A stretch of DNA of 64,000 bases from an uncultured delta proteobacterium (GCA_963727445.1 CAVSGI010000010.1:192001-256000), one strand, 5' to 3'. Numbered from the stretch's first letter, positions 41,954 to 53,094 are shown. Numbers and translations: made by a program. Notes: generated by a model not told the origin, from the sequence alone.

Positions 41954-42967
41954 ATGAACAGGCTGATCGTCTCCGTGCTCCTCACGTCCCTCGTGCTCAT
42001 CGCTTGTGACGACGAGGAGGAAGTGGAGCAAGAGAGCACCGACCCGGTCGTCGGCGTGATGGAGCTCCCCATCTCCCTGCGCAACTCCGCGAGCGCGCCC
42101 TCGAACGCGATCCCGATCGAGATCTCGCCCACGGCGCTCCGAGTGGACCGCCACACGGTGCTCGAGCTCTCCGGCGGCGAGGTGCCCGACGGGGCGCGCA
42201 ACGCAGAGATCCTCCCGGCGGTGCGCGATGCGATCTCGGCGGGCGCGGCGCGCCGCGCGGCGGAGATCGAGATGCACGTGAACACGCCGTGGGAGACCAC
42301 CGCTCTCGTCCTCGGCTCGCTGAAGGCTTCGAACATCAACACCGTGGCCTTCAAGGTGCGCAAGCCGGGCGGCGTCGCCGACACCGGCTACCTGGTGCTC
42401 GAGAACTACGACGTGCAGGCCGCGAGCGCGGATCCCGTCGAGATGCAGGGGCCGGCGCAGCGCAACTGGGACGAGTTCGTGGAGGTCTGGCAGCCGTCCT
42501 ACGAAGGTTGCCGCCGTCCCGACGCGGAGCAGGAGACCCGCTACGTCGACTGCACCTACAAGCCCACCCTCGCGGCGCCCGGCGGCAAGCTCGAGATGCG
42601 CTTCTTCGCGCGCGGCAGCGCCCTCAAGGCGGAGTTCAACCGCTTCGGCGCGGAGGAGATCGACGAGGCGGCCGCCGCGCCGCCCCCCGAGATGCTCGAG
42701 GGGATCCCGGCCGATCCCGGCGCCGAGCCCCAGGAGGAGCACACCCCGGTCGAGAACGGCGCCTTCACCTGGCGCTTCGAGGCGGCGGTCGCCGATCTCT
42801 CTCCCATCTCGGCGGCCTTCCGGCCCCTCTGCGGCAGTGGTGCCTGCGGGATCACGGTCACCGGCGACAAGGAGACCATGTCGATGCGCCTCGTCTCCTT
42901 CATCGGCGCTGCATTTCCCGACGGAACCTCGGCGCCCCAGGTGGTCTTTCAGGTCCCGGCTCCCTGA
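41954..42967 (+). CDS. Hypothetical lipoprotein, possibly with ExbD/TolR-like domains
   Basis: MNRLIVSVLLTSLVLIAC lipoprotein signal; IEISPTALRVD...TPWETTALVLGSLKASNINTVAF resembles the ExbD periplasmic fold (inference). Confidence 0.65.
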   Translation: MNRLIVSVLLTSLVLIACDDEEEVEQESTDPVVGVMELPISLRNSASAPSNAIPIEISPTALRVDRHTVLELSGGEVPDGARNAEILPAVRDAISAGAARRAAEIEMHVNTPWETTALVLGSLKASNINTVAFKVRKPGGVADTGYLVLENYDVQAASADPVEMQGPAQRNWDEFVEVWQPSYEGCRRPDAEQETRYVDCTYKPTLAAPGGKLEMRFFARGSALKAEFNRFGAEEIDEAAAAPPPEMLEGIPADPGAEPQEEHTPVENGAFTWRFEAAVADLSPISAAFRPLCGSGACGITVTGDKETMSMRLVSFIGAAFPDGTSAPQVVFQVPAP

Positions 42968-43024
42968 GCGGGGAGGGTCCGCGCATGCAGTGGCGCGGCG
43001 GGCCATACGTGCCATATCTCCTTC

Positions 43025-44487
43025 ATGGCTTGGCGGGTTTTGGTGGCGGCTGCCCTCGTGGGCGGCCTCTTCTGTTCGGCGTGTAGCGCCATCGTGAGCC
43101 CCGACGAGAGCCGCCTCGGCGGCTCGGCGGATGGCGGCACCGACACCGGAACGATGACCGGTGACTCGAGCGTTCCTCCGGGAGACGCCGACACCGGCAC
43201 GCCACCGGACGATACGGGCGTGCCTCCGGTGGATACCGGCGTGCCACCCGGCTGCGAGTTCGACCGTCGCTGTGAGGGTAGCGAGCTCCTGATCTGCGAC
43301 ATGGGCGACATCATGCGGGTCCCGTGCCGGCTCGGTTGCGTCGAGGCCGGCGGCACCGCCAGCTGTGGCAACATGGTCCCCTCCAACGTCGACGCCGACC
43401 TGTGGATGATGGGCGCCGAGGATCTCGAGGTCGACGGTCGGGTGGGCTTCGATACGTCGGCGTGCGCGTCGGATTCGGCGATCACCACCGTCGTTCCTCA
43501 AGGCGACACCGCGCCCGAGCTCTGCGTCCTGTCGGTCGCGAGCTTTCGCGTGCACGAAGGGGCCGGCTTGAGCGTCCACGGCGAGCGCCCGCTGGTGGTC
43601 ATGGCGACAGGCGAGGTGCGCATCGATGGCATCATCGACGTCTCCGCGACCAGCGGCGAAGCGGGTCCTGGCGGGGCGCGTGGTGGAACCGGCGGCGGCG
43701 CCACCGAGCTCTGGAACGGCGGCGGGCCCTTCGGAGGTCAGGTGGGCGCGCACGAAGGCGCCTACGACGACGGTGGCGGCGGCGGCGGCGGCTTCTGCGG
43801 CAGTGGCGGCGATGGCGGGAGCGGCGGCGGCGGAGCCGGCGGCGCTGGCGGCGGAACCGTGCCCGGGATGTGGGAGCTCTCCCCGCTCTTCGGCGGCAGC
43901 GGCGGCGGACGCGGGCGTGGCGCGTTCATCTCGATGGGAACCAACGCCGGCTTCGGGGGCGCGGGCGGCGGCGCCCTGCAGAATCAGCTCGCGCGCACAG
44001 ATTCGGCTCAGCGGTCGCATCCTCGCCGGGGGCGGCGGCGGCCTTCCGGGTCAGAACCTCTTCGGCTCGACGCAGAACTGGGGCTCCGGCGGCGGCGGCG
44101 GCAGCGGTGGCGCAGTGCTCCTCGAAGCGCCCGAAGTCACCTTCGAGGGTGGTCAGATCATCGCGGCCGGTGGCGGCGGCGGCGGCGGCGGCGGAACGAC
44201 GAACGGGGAGCCGGGCGAAGACGGGCGCGGCGCGGGGCTCGGGCGCGCCCGGGGTGGCGCCGGGGACGACGTTCGGGGAGCGGATGGCGGCAACGGCAGC
44301 GCTTCGACGAATCTCGACGGACGCATCGGCGGCAGCAACGGCACCAGCAACGGAAACGGTGGCGGTGGCGGTGGCGGCTCCGGCTGCGTGCTCGATCCGC
44401 ACCGCCGACACGATGGTGGGTGGAACCAGTAGCTCCCACCCCGGCGTCGAGCCCGGCTACCGCCAGCTTCGCATCCTGACGCCCTGA
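43025..44487 (+). CDS. Gly-rich surface lipoprotein, frameshifted
   Basis: Lipobox CSAC; GGGGG...GGSGG...GGGALQI...GGGSGGAVLLEAP Gly-rich motifs continuing across frames near 43980-44000 and 44395. Confidence 0.7.
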
Positions 44488-44576
44488 GGGCCGCCACACT
44501 TTTTTGACCACGGCGAGCCGACCCTGCTATCGGAGGGTCAGCTGCTTTTCGGCCCGTACCCGCGAGGAGGCTCTCG

Positions 44577-45035
44577 ATGAAGGGACGACGCTCCGAGGCG
44601 GCGTGGCTCACCATTGCCACGCTCGCCGCCGTGTATCTGTGTGCGCTCGATTCGCCTGCCTACGGTCAGCCGGGCCGAGGTCACCTCCCCGTGGCCATCG
44701 GCGACATCAGCTCACCGACCCTCCGTCGCGCCATCGAGGGTGAGCTGGAGAACCTCGGCGGGTTCCGCGTCGAGAATCAGAGGCACGCGCGCTTCGTCGT
44801 GCAGGGCTCGCTGACGCGCCTCGATCGCCGCGATGCCCCGCACGGGATGGAGGTCGACTGCGAGGTCTCCCTCATCCTCGCCGACGCGCGCGGTGGCGCC
44901 GTTCGACTGATGCTCTCCGGCCGAGCCGGCGCCCGCGGCGGTGCCGACCACCAGGCGGTGGAGCGAGCCGCGGTCGAGGCCGCGGTGCGCGGCGCTCTTC
45001 GCCCGCTTCCGCGCACCCTGCGCGAGATGCGCTGA
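44577..45035 (+). CDS. Secreted hypothetical protein
   Basis: GAGGAGG RBS, signal-like N-terminus, 152 aa. Confidence 0.6.
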   Translation: MKGRRSEAAWLTIATLAAVYLCALDSPAYGQPGRGHLPVAIGDISSPTLRRAIEGELENLGGFRVENQRHARFVVQGSLTRLDRRDAPHGMEVDCEVSLILADARGGAVRLMLSGRAGARGGADHQAVERAAVEAAVRGALRPLPRTLREMR

Positions 45036-45042
45036 CTCCGAC

Positions 45043-46554
45043 TCAGCGCAGGCGCGTGAGCGCGCCGAGGCGCCAGGCGCTCAGCCCGCTTTGCGCAGGA
45101 GCTGCCGCGGCCTGGCCGCGGCCCGCTCGCTCCCGATCCTCGAAGGCTTGCGCCACGGCCGCTCCGATCGAGAGCTCCGCGCCGGCTCCTTTGGCGTCGC
45201 CCGAGGTCAGCAGCACCTCCGAGTGGGCGCCGATGAAGCCGGTGTCGTAGTCGCCACGCACGAAGTCGGGGTGGCTCATGAGCGCGAGGTGGAAGGGGAT
45301 GTTGGTGCGGATGCCCGCCACCACGTACTCGGACAGGGCGCGGCGCATGCGGCGGACGGCGTCGTCGCGATTCGCCGCCCAGACGCAGAGCTTCGAGATC
45401 AGCGGATCGTAGAAGCTCGAGATCTCGGCGCCCTCGTAGGCGCCCGAGTCGTCGCGAATCCCGGGGCCGGCGGGGGTGCGGAGCCGCTCGATCGTGCCCG
45501 GGCTCGGCAGAAAGCCGGTGGCCGGATCTTCGGCGTAGATGCGGCATTCGATGGCGTGGCCGCGCCGCGTCACCGCCGTCTGGTCGTAGCCGAGAGGCTC
45601 GCCCGCCGCGATGCGCACCTGCTCGCGGACCAGGTCGAGCCCGCTGGTGAGCTCGGTGATCGGATGCTCGACCTGCAGGCGCGTGTTCATCTCGAGGAAG
45701 TAGAACTCGCCGTCCTCGTTCATCAGGAACTCGACCGTGCCCGCACCGCGGTAGCTCACCGCCTGTGCTGCGCGCACCGCGACGGCGCCCATCTCGGCGA
45801 CGCGCTCGTCGGTGGCCGCGGGCGCCGGGCTGGGCGACTCCTCGACCACCTTCTGATGGCGTCGCTGGATGGAGCAGTCGCGCTCGAAGATGTGGACGGC
45901 GTTGCCGTGACCGTCGGCCAGGACCTGGATCTCGATGTGGCGCGGGCGAACGATGGCCTTCTCGACGTAGACGTTGTCGTCGCCGAAGGCGTTCTTCGCT
46001 TCGGAGCGCGCGCGCTCGAGGGCGTCTTGCAGATCCTCTGGCTTCGTGACCAGGCGCATGCCTTTGCCGCCGCCGCCGGCCGAGGCCTTGAGCATCACCG
46101 GGAAACCGAGCTCCTCGGCAGCGGCGGCCAGCGCCTCCACCGAGTCTCCTTCCGCACCCGGGACGACGGGCACGCCGGCCGCGATCATCTTGGCGCGGGC
46201 GCGGGTCTTGTCACCCATCGCCTCCATCGCAGAGGCATCTGGCCCGATGAAGGTCACCCCCGCTGCCTCGCAGGCGCGCACGAAGGAGGCGTTCTCGCTG
46301 AGAAAGCCGTAGCCGGGGTGAATGGCCTGGGCGCCGCTCTTCTTCGCCGCATCGAGGATGTTGTCGTGAACGAGATAGCTCTGCGACGAGGGCGCCGGTC
46401 CGATGGGATACGCCTCGTCGGCGAGGCGCACGTGAAGGGCGGCGCGGTCGGCTTCGCTGTACACGGCGACCGAGGCGATGCCCATCTCCCTCAGGGTGCG
46501 AATGACACGGACGGCGATCTCGCCACGGTTGGCTACCAGGACCTTTTCGAACAT
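45043..46554 (-). CDS. accC: Acyl-CoA (acetyl/propionyl) carboxylase, biotin carboxylase subunit
   Basis: KVLVANRGEIA, HPGYGFLSEN, GGGGKGMR, ERDCSIQRRHQK, EMNTRLQVEH; no biotinyl domain. Confidence 0.92.
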   Translation of the reverse strand: MFEKVLVANRGEIAVRVIRTLREMGIASVAVYSEADRAALHVRLADEAYPIGPAPSSQSYLVHDNILDAAKKSGAQAIHPGYGFLSENASFVRACEAAGVTFIGPDASAMEAMGDKTRARAKMIAAGVPVVPGAEGDSVEALAAAAEELGFPVMLKASAGGGGKGMRLVTKPEDLQDALERARSEAKNAFGDDNVYVEKAIVRPRHIEIQVLADGHGNAVHIFERDCSIQRRHQKVVEESPSPAPAATDERVAEMGAVAVRAAQAVSYRGAGTVEFLMNEDGEFYFLEMNTRLQVEHPITELTSGLDLVREQVRIAAGEPLGYDQTAVTRRGHAIECRIYAEDPATGFLPSPGTIERLRTPAGPGIRDDSGAYEGAEISSFYDPLISKLCVWAANRDDAVRRMRRALSEYVVAGIRTNIPFHLALMSHPDFVRGDYDTGFIGAHSEVLLTSGDAKGAGAELSIGAAVAQAFEDRERAGRGQAAAAPAQSGLSAWRLGALTRLR

Positions 46555-46697
46555 GTGCGCGGATTCGTCGCACAGGAGGCGGGGCCCGTCAAAGGGCCCT
46601 GGAACGTGGGGCTTTCGGGCACTCTTCGGCGGTGATCTGTGCGGTTTGGACTTCCTACGTCATAATGAGAAATCGCTTTTTCCTTCGGAGGAGTTCC

Positions 46698-48358
46698 TTG
46701 AACCGCACCGTTTTCTGTTGTTGGCGGTGCTCGTCTCGTCGAGCGCCTGCACCGACTCTCGCGGCCGCCCACCGACCATCGATTCGAGCACGCCCGTCGA
46801 CACCGGGACGATGGGTGGGGACGCCGGCCCCGATTCGACCATGCCCCTCTCTTGCGACGATGGGGTTCGTAACGGCGACGAGACCCACATCGATTGCGGA
46901 GGCTCCTGCGACCCCTGCCCCGATGGTGCCGGCTGCGTCCGAGCGACCGACTGCCAGAGCATGGTCTGCCGCGCGATGTACTGCCTGGTTCCGTCCTGCA
47001 TGGACGCCATCCAGAACGGTGACGAGCTCGGCGTCGACTGCGGCGCGGGGGGCACCTGCCCCGGCTGTCCGGGAGGGACGGCCTGCACCGACGGCGAGCA
47101 GTGCCTGAGCCACATCTGTGAATCCGGAACCTGCACCAGCACCTCGTGTGAGGATGGCCTGTTGAACGCAGACGAGACCGACGTCGATTGCGGCGGCACC
47201 GTCTGCCCCGGCTGTCCGGCCGACGGCGTGTGCACCGACGACAGCGATTGCGCGAGCCTGATCTGCGATGCCGGCGCCTGCACCATGGCGAGCTGCGTTG
47301 ACGGCGTCATCAACGAGGGGGAGTCGGACTACGACTGCGGCGGTCCTCGGTGCCCGGCGTGCGGGCCCGGGTCGATGTGCACCGCGGACTCCGATTGCTC
47401 CTCGAACATCTGCGACGCTGGCACGTGCACCATGGCGGGGTGTCGCGACGGGGTGCAGAACCAGGACGAGACCGACGTCGACTGCGGCGGCTCCAGCTGC
47501 ATGCCGTGCACGCCCGGCGACATGTGCATGGACGCCGAAGACTGCGACAGCTCGATCTGCGACATGGGCACCTGCGCGATGCCGGCCTGCGACGACATGG
47601 TGCTCAACGGCGGCGAGAGCGACGTCGACTGCGGTGGCATGACGATCTGCCCGCGCTGCCCCGACTATCGGGCCTGCACCGATCCCGCCGATTGCACCGC
47701 GGGCAGCTGCACCATGGGCTTCTGCGGCGACACGGGCTGCATGCCCTTTCCGGGCACCAGCACCGATACCTTCGGGTACTTCGGCTGCACCATCCCGCTG
47801 ACGCCGGCGACGTTGCCCTGCCCGGACATCTCGTCGACCGGCACGTCGGTGACGCTGTCCGATGACGGCCAGGTCACCGTGCCGCTCGGCTTCACCTTCG
47901 ACTTCTACGGTACACCCCAGACCGACATCATCATCGAGGCCAACGGCGCGCTGGCGTTCGCGTCGACCGCGCTTTCGTTCACGAATGCGTGCCTACCGCG
48001 AACGACGGCGCCCACGCAGTTCATCGCGGCTTTCTGGGACGATCTCTACCCGCCCACCGGAGGGACCATCGAGTACGAGACCGTCGGGACCGCGCCCGCG
48101 CGTCGGTTCGTGACACGATGGAACATCTATCACATCGGTGTGAGCACCGGGAACACCATCGACGTCACCGCGGTCCTCGAAGAAGACACCGGTCACGTGA
48201 AGCTCTGCTACGCGGACACCGCGTTCGGAAGCGCCAGCTACGACTACGGGGCGAGCGCGACCGTCGGCATCAACGGTACCGCCACCGACTCGCTCCAGTT
48301 CAGCTGCAACACCGCGAGCCTCAGCGACGGCCTCTACATTCAGTACATCCATCCGTAG
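46698..48358 (+). CDS. Cys-rich repeat lipoprotein with C-terminal nidogen-like domain
   Basis: TTG after GGAGGAG with an apparent 1-nt deletion in a T-run near 46712; repeats CxDGxxNxDETDVDCGG; C-terminal LGFTFDFYG...ANG...IAAFWDDL. Confidence 0.8.
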
Positions 48359-49678
48359 CGGTCTCGCCCGGGGGGCGGAGATCCAGAAAGCCATCGGGCC
48401 AGAGGCTCGTCGCGAGCATCACTTCGTTGATGTCGCGATGCTCCGTCCAGGTGGTCGGCACGCGGTGGTCCTCTTCGAGCCAGAACGCTTCGATGCGACG
48501 GGCGAGCGGGAGATGGGGGCCGAGCTCTTCGACGCGCTCGGCCACGCCACTGCCGCCCGCGAGCTCGCCACGCTCCGCGGCCGCCGCCATTCGCTCCACC
48601 GCATGAAGGCCGATGGCGAGGCCGAGCTCCCGAAACGCGAGACGTCGATTCGCGCCCTCCCCTGGGCTCGCCGCTCGAAGCGTACTGCCTCAGCCCTTGG
48701 ATGGCTGCGTCGAGCACCTCGATCGAGCAGATCGTCGTCGAGCGAACCCTCGCGGCCGAGCTGCGCCAAGCGGTAGGCGTCGATGAGCAGGCCGCCGAGG
48801 CCCAGTGGGTCGGTGGTCGCCAGGTTGCCGTCGGCGGACCATCGCGCGCGAAATCCGGCTCCGCATCGGCTAGCTCGCGGACCTGTCTCGGTCGAGAGAG
48901 CGCGCGCCGTCGCCTCGAGCTGCGACCGCCGTCACGAAGCCGTCGAGCGGGTCGTGCTGTCCCATGGAGGCGACCAGCGGCCGGCGGAGGTCGATGCTCA
49001 TCTTCCAGTACATGCGCAGCGGCGCCCGCCGGGCCGCGGTATGCGAAGCGCATCGTGCGCCGTCCGCGTCAGCTCGCGCGCCCAGCACGATTGAGCGGAG
49101 CGTGCCGACGGTGCGCGCGAGCGGTCTGGTCGAGGGCGTGCATCCACTGGGTGAGGTAGTGGAAGTACTGCCCGTCCCGATCCCACTCGAGATCGCTGCG
49201 TCGAAGCGGCTCCGCGGGCCCGCGCTCGGGGAGCGGCTTGCCGATACGCAGCCCGCCGCGGGTCGGGTGCGCCTCGTCCGCCGCGCCGTCGGGTCCACGG
49301 AGCCAGCCCTGTCGCCCGTCGTCCGGTGCGGTGTCGTCCGAGCGTGTGGTGCACGCGCTCGACCAGCGTGAGCGCGAGCCGGCGATCGCCGTCGTCTCCG
49401 GTCGCGCGGGCGAGCCCCAGGAAGTTGCAGACGGCGAACGCGTCGGTCCACAGATAGCGGCGCTGTCTCACGCCCGACTGGATGCCCGTTCTTTCCGCGA
49501 AGGAGCGCATCAGCTCCGACGCAAGCGCGATGCGGTGCTCCTCGGTCATCGTCGGCTCCTGAGTCGGCTGGTCCATGCCAGGGTTGCTGGCCGCGGGCAC
49601 GGAGGGCTCTCCGCATTCGCAGGTCACCCCAGCGAGCAGCCCGAGCGCGACCAGAGGCCACGTCATGCGCCTGGTCAT
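48321..49678 (-). CDS. Conserved hypothetical protein, frameshifted
   Basis: RRYLWTDAFAVCNFLGL, DGQYFHYLTQWMHAL, MYWKMSIDL..PLV.SMGQHDPLDG, WTEHRDINEVMLATSL motifs in successive frames. Confidence 0.7.
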
Positions 49679-49729
49679 CTCCCCTGCCAGGTAGTCCCCT
49701 GGCACGAGGAGGCCATGGCTCGTGCGGCG

Positions 49730-51676
49730 TCAGAAGCTCAAGTCGGCTTCGGCGGCGGCGGCCGGCGCAGCGCTGACGGCGGCCTCTCGCACACCGAGCC
49801 CCTGGCGGCGAACGCGGACGCGGTAGTGTCCCCGGTCGACGCTCTGGAAGCGGTAGCGGCCGTTGCGCGTCGAGGAGGTCGACTGCACGACGTTGCCCCG
49901 CTCGTCCAGGAGCTCGACGGTGGCTCCTTCCATGTCCTCGTCGGCGAAGTCGATTCGGCCGGCGACCTGCCCGAACTGGCGTGCTTGCGCTTCGGCGGTG
50001 TCGTGAACGAAGGGGACGTCGACGGTCTGCTTCACCTCTCCATCGGCATCGAGATAGGCGAGCTCCGCGACGTAACGACCGTTCTCCACGGCGGTGCCCG
50101 CGTCGCTCTTCCCGTCCCAGGAGAGCGTCATCGCGCCCGCCGAGCCCGGGACGTCGGTGGTGCGGACGCGGTCGCCGCGCGCGCCCCCCTCGCCGGCCTC
50201 GAAGATGCGAAGTCGGACGCGGCTCCGCGCGCTCTCGCTCTCCACGTTACGCAGCGAGAACACGGTGGCGCCGCTCTCGTAGTGGCTGCCGACCCGCGTG
50301 AGGTAGAAGTCGCCGGTGTAGAAGGTCAGCCGTCGCCGGCTCTCTTTGCCTTCGGCATTCACCGCGATGACGTCGACGCGATGCGCGCCGGGCTCGAGGT
50401 GCGCCGGGTCCACGCGGACCGAGAGCTCGCCCAGGCAGGCGCGCCCCAGCGGGACATCGTCGACGCGGATCTCCACGCTCTGTGCGGGCGCACCCTCCGT
50501 GTCCGCGGCTTGCGCGTGAAGGCGCGAGGCCCGGTCCAGGTGGCTTCCGTCCTCGAGGCCCGCCACGTCGACCGAGAGCACGTCGATGGAGACCAGCCCC
50601 ATCACCGCCCACATCGCCTCCCCCCGCCGATCGCCGCCGGTGGACCACCCGCCGTTTTCCTGCTGGTTCTCCACCAGCCAGCCGATGCCGCGAACGACAC
50701 CAGCGTCGCGGTCGCTCGCGCCCAGGCGCTTGAGCACGTAGAGGCTCTGCCCGGTGGCGAAGGCGTCGGAGGCGGCGCCGACCGTGAATCCCCAGCCGCC
50801 GTCGGCGTTCTGACGTTCGCGGAGCTCGGCGCTCAACAGCTCGAGCACCGCCTCTCCGCGGCCGGCGCCTGCGGCGAGCAGGCCGATGATCGCGTAGTTC
50901 AGATCCTGCAGGTAGGTCGCTTCGGCGTCGGTGAGGTTCGCCGCGCGCGAGCGGATGTACTGCTCGGCGCGGGCGATGGGCTCGAGCCAGCGATCGTCCG
51001 CCGTCCGTGCGTAGGCCTGACGCCAGGTGCGCGCCGCCTGCGTGGTGGACTGCATCTCGCCCGCGACCACGGGCGGGCGGCGGTCCGTGGAGCGAACCGA
51101 GCCGTCGTCGTTCTGATAGGCGAGGATGGCCTCGGCCGCTTGCATCAGGACCGGCTCGAGCTCCGAGCCGACGTGCTCGTCGTACTCCGCCATGGCCGCG
51201 CCCCCGAAGCTCTTCGAGGATTCGATCAGGTGGTTCGGGTCCCCGCCCACCGAGAAGCCGTTCGGGCCGTGCGCGCCGCCGCTGATGTCGAGCAGGCCGC
51301 GCAGGACCTCGTCGAAATGCTCGTCGGGCACTTCGTAGTGGTGCTCCCGCCCCACGATGAAGGCGTCGAGGGTCACGGCTTGCACGTGACACCCGTAGCA
51401 GTTGTTCTGGTTCTGCCAAGCGAGGGTGTCCTCACCGAGGAAGCGAAGCCCGCGCTGCGCGGCGCGCCGAACGCCCGGGTCCTCTCGCCGCGTGGTCGGT
51501 AGCCCCTGTGCGTTGGTCGCGACCAGCGTCCCTCCGCATTCGGGGAGGTCGGGCGGCGCTGTCCGCCGTGCGGTTGTCACCGTCCTCTGTAATCCTCCGC
51601 CGCAGCTCGTCGCCAGCCCCACCGCACCCAGCACACACACCACCGCCGCGAGGGCGCGAGTCATCGACCCCTTCAT
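49730..51676 (-). CDS. Lipoprotein with prenyltransferase/squalene-cyclase-like repeats, FlgD-like Ig and carboxypeptidase-regulatory-like domains
   Basis: Lipobox ATSC; CYGCH; QW-type repeats QNDDGS, QNADGGW, QQENGGW; WDGKSDAG..V.NGRY; C-terminal GATVEL...GRYRF...GHYRVRV. Confidence 0.8.
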   Translation of the reverse strand: MKGSMTRALAAVVCVLGAVGLATSCGGGLQRTVTTARRTAPPDLPECGGTLVATNAQGLPTTRREDPGVRRAAQRGLRFLGEDTLAWQNQNNCYGCHVQAVTLDAFIVGREHHYEVPDEHFDEVLRGLLDISGGAHGPNGFSVGGDPNHLIESSKSFGGAAMAEYDEHVGSELEPVLMQAAEAILAYQNDDGSVRSTDRRPPVVAGEMQSTTQAARTWRQAYARTADDRWLEPIARAEQYIRSRAANLTDAEATYLQDLNYAIIGLLAAGAGRGEAVLELLSAELRERQNADGGWGFTVGAASDAFATGQSLYVLKRLGASDRDAGVVRGIGWLVENQQENGGWSTGGDRRGEAMWAVMGLVSIDVLSVDVAGLEDGSHLDRASRLHAQAADTEGAPAQSVEIRVDDVPLGRACLGELSVRVDPAHLEPGAHRVDVIAVNAEGKESRRRLTFYTGDFYLTRVGSHYESGATVFSLRNVESESARSRVRLRIFEAGEGGARGDRVRTTDVPGSAGAMTLSWDGKSDAGTAVENGRYVAELAYLDADGEVKQTVDVPFVHDTAEAQARQFGQVAGRIDFADEDMEGATVELLDERGNVVQSTSSTRNGRYRFQSVDRGHYRVRVRRQGLGVREAAVSAAPAAAAEADLSF

Positions 51677-51822
51677 CGAACCACCTCCGAGATGGCAGTC
51701 CGACGGGCGAGCGCCGCCGATGATCTATGCTCTGCGCGATGAAGAACGCGATTTACATCTTCGTGACGGTGACGGCCCTCCTCGGCGCCTGCGGTGATGA
51801 CCAGGAAGGTGGCGGGTCGACA

Positions 51823-53094
51823 TCAATCCGCGGTGCTCGGGCTGATCTCGTCGGTGATGATGTCGACCAACAGGTCGTTCAGGAGCCAGACCTTGTAGGT
51901 GCCGATGGTCGGCTCGATGTGGTCGCCGCCGATGCCGCTGTCGTTCGTGAGGAACGTGTACCGGCCGTTGGTGGTGACCGCGAGGAAGCGGAGGAGGAAC
52001 TCGGTGTCCTTGTCGATGCCGCTGCCGGCGACGGGGATGATCTTGACGCCCGCGGCCGCAGCCGCGCGGTTGGCGTCGCGTAGCCGCGACAGGATCTCGG
52101 GATCCGAATGAGGCGGCGCGTCGAGGACGAGGAAGAGCAGGCGCGCCGTGGCGGACTCGCTCCATTCGTGCGCCTCGATGGCGTCGGCGAGGGCCTGGTC
52201 GACGGCCTCGGGGAAGTCCCCGCCGCCGCCCGCGCTCTCGCTGGAGAGCTGGGAGAGACCTTCGGAGACATCGGTCGTGAAGGGATGCGAGTTGACGACG
52301 TACTCGTCGCCCACGTCGCGATAGAAGTTCATCGAGAGGCGCAGATCGAAGCGCTGGACGGCCTCGTCCTGGGCGCGGGTGATCACGTCCTCGAGCTCCG
52401 CTTGCACGTAGCTGAGCTCGTCGCCCATCGAACCTGTGGTGTCCACCACGAACATGAGATCGAGCTTCGGGGTGCCGGCATCCGCCGCGCTCGCGAGGTC
52501 CACCTCGAGGGTCGTGAGGACGGCCGGATCGACGTCGTCGATGGTCTCGCTCGCCGCACCCGAGCTGACGGTGACCGAGTAGGGCCCGGTGTCGTCGCCG
52601 AACACCGACGCGAAGAGCTCCGCGCGTCCCTGACTGTCGCTGTGGGCACTCCACACCACGGTCCCCGAGCCGTCGCGCAGCGTGACCGCGGCATCGATGA
52701 CCGCGTCGCCGCCGGAGGTGACCCTCACCGGCACGCGGCGCGTCGTCTCGTAGCCCCAAAGCGGCTGCTTGTCGCTCCACGCGTCGCCGCTCATCAGGTC
52801 GAGCCAGAGCTCCCAATCGTCGAGGTCGCGCCAGTCGCCGGCGGTGAGCTGACCGGCCGGGACGTCGGTGATCCCCTCGCAGCCTTCGCCACATCCTTCG
52901 GCGGGCACCGCGCCTCCGCCCCCGCTGGCCGTGCCCTCGGCGCTGGGCGCGCCCGAGCCGATGCCGTCGCTGCCCGAGGCGCTGCTGTAGTCGCCGCCGC
53001 CAGAGCTCCGCGAACCCTCCGAGTAATCACCGCATCCGCCGAGGGCCAACAAGAGGGAGAACGTCAGAATCGAAGTCGTTGTCGTCGTGCGCAT
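51823..53094 (-). CDS. VWA domain lipoprotein
   Basis: Lipobox LGGC; GQLTAGDW; DLMFVVDTTGSMGDE, GGGDFPEAV, LDAPPH. Confidence 0.85.
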   Translation of the reverse strand: MRTTTTTSILTFSLLLALGGCGDYSEGSRSSGGGDYSSASGSDGIGSGAPSAEGTASGGGGAVPAEGCGEGCEGITDVPAGQLTAGDWRDLDDWELWLDLMSGDAWSDKQPLWGYETTRRVPVRVTSGGDAVIDAAVTLRDGSGTVVWSAHSDSQGRAELFASVFGDDTGPYSVTVSSGAASETIDDVDPAVLTTLEVDLASAADAGTPKLDLMFVVDTTGSMGDELSYVQAELEDVITRAQDEAVQRFDLRLSMNFYRDVGDEYVVNSHPFTTDVSEGLSQLSSESAGGGGDFPEAVDQALADAIEAHEWSESATARLLFLVLDAPPHSDPEILSRLRDANRAAAAAGVKIIPVAGSGIDKDTEFLLRFLAVTTNGRYTFLTNDSGIGGDHIEPTIGTYKVWLLNDLLVDIITDEISPSTAD

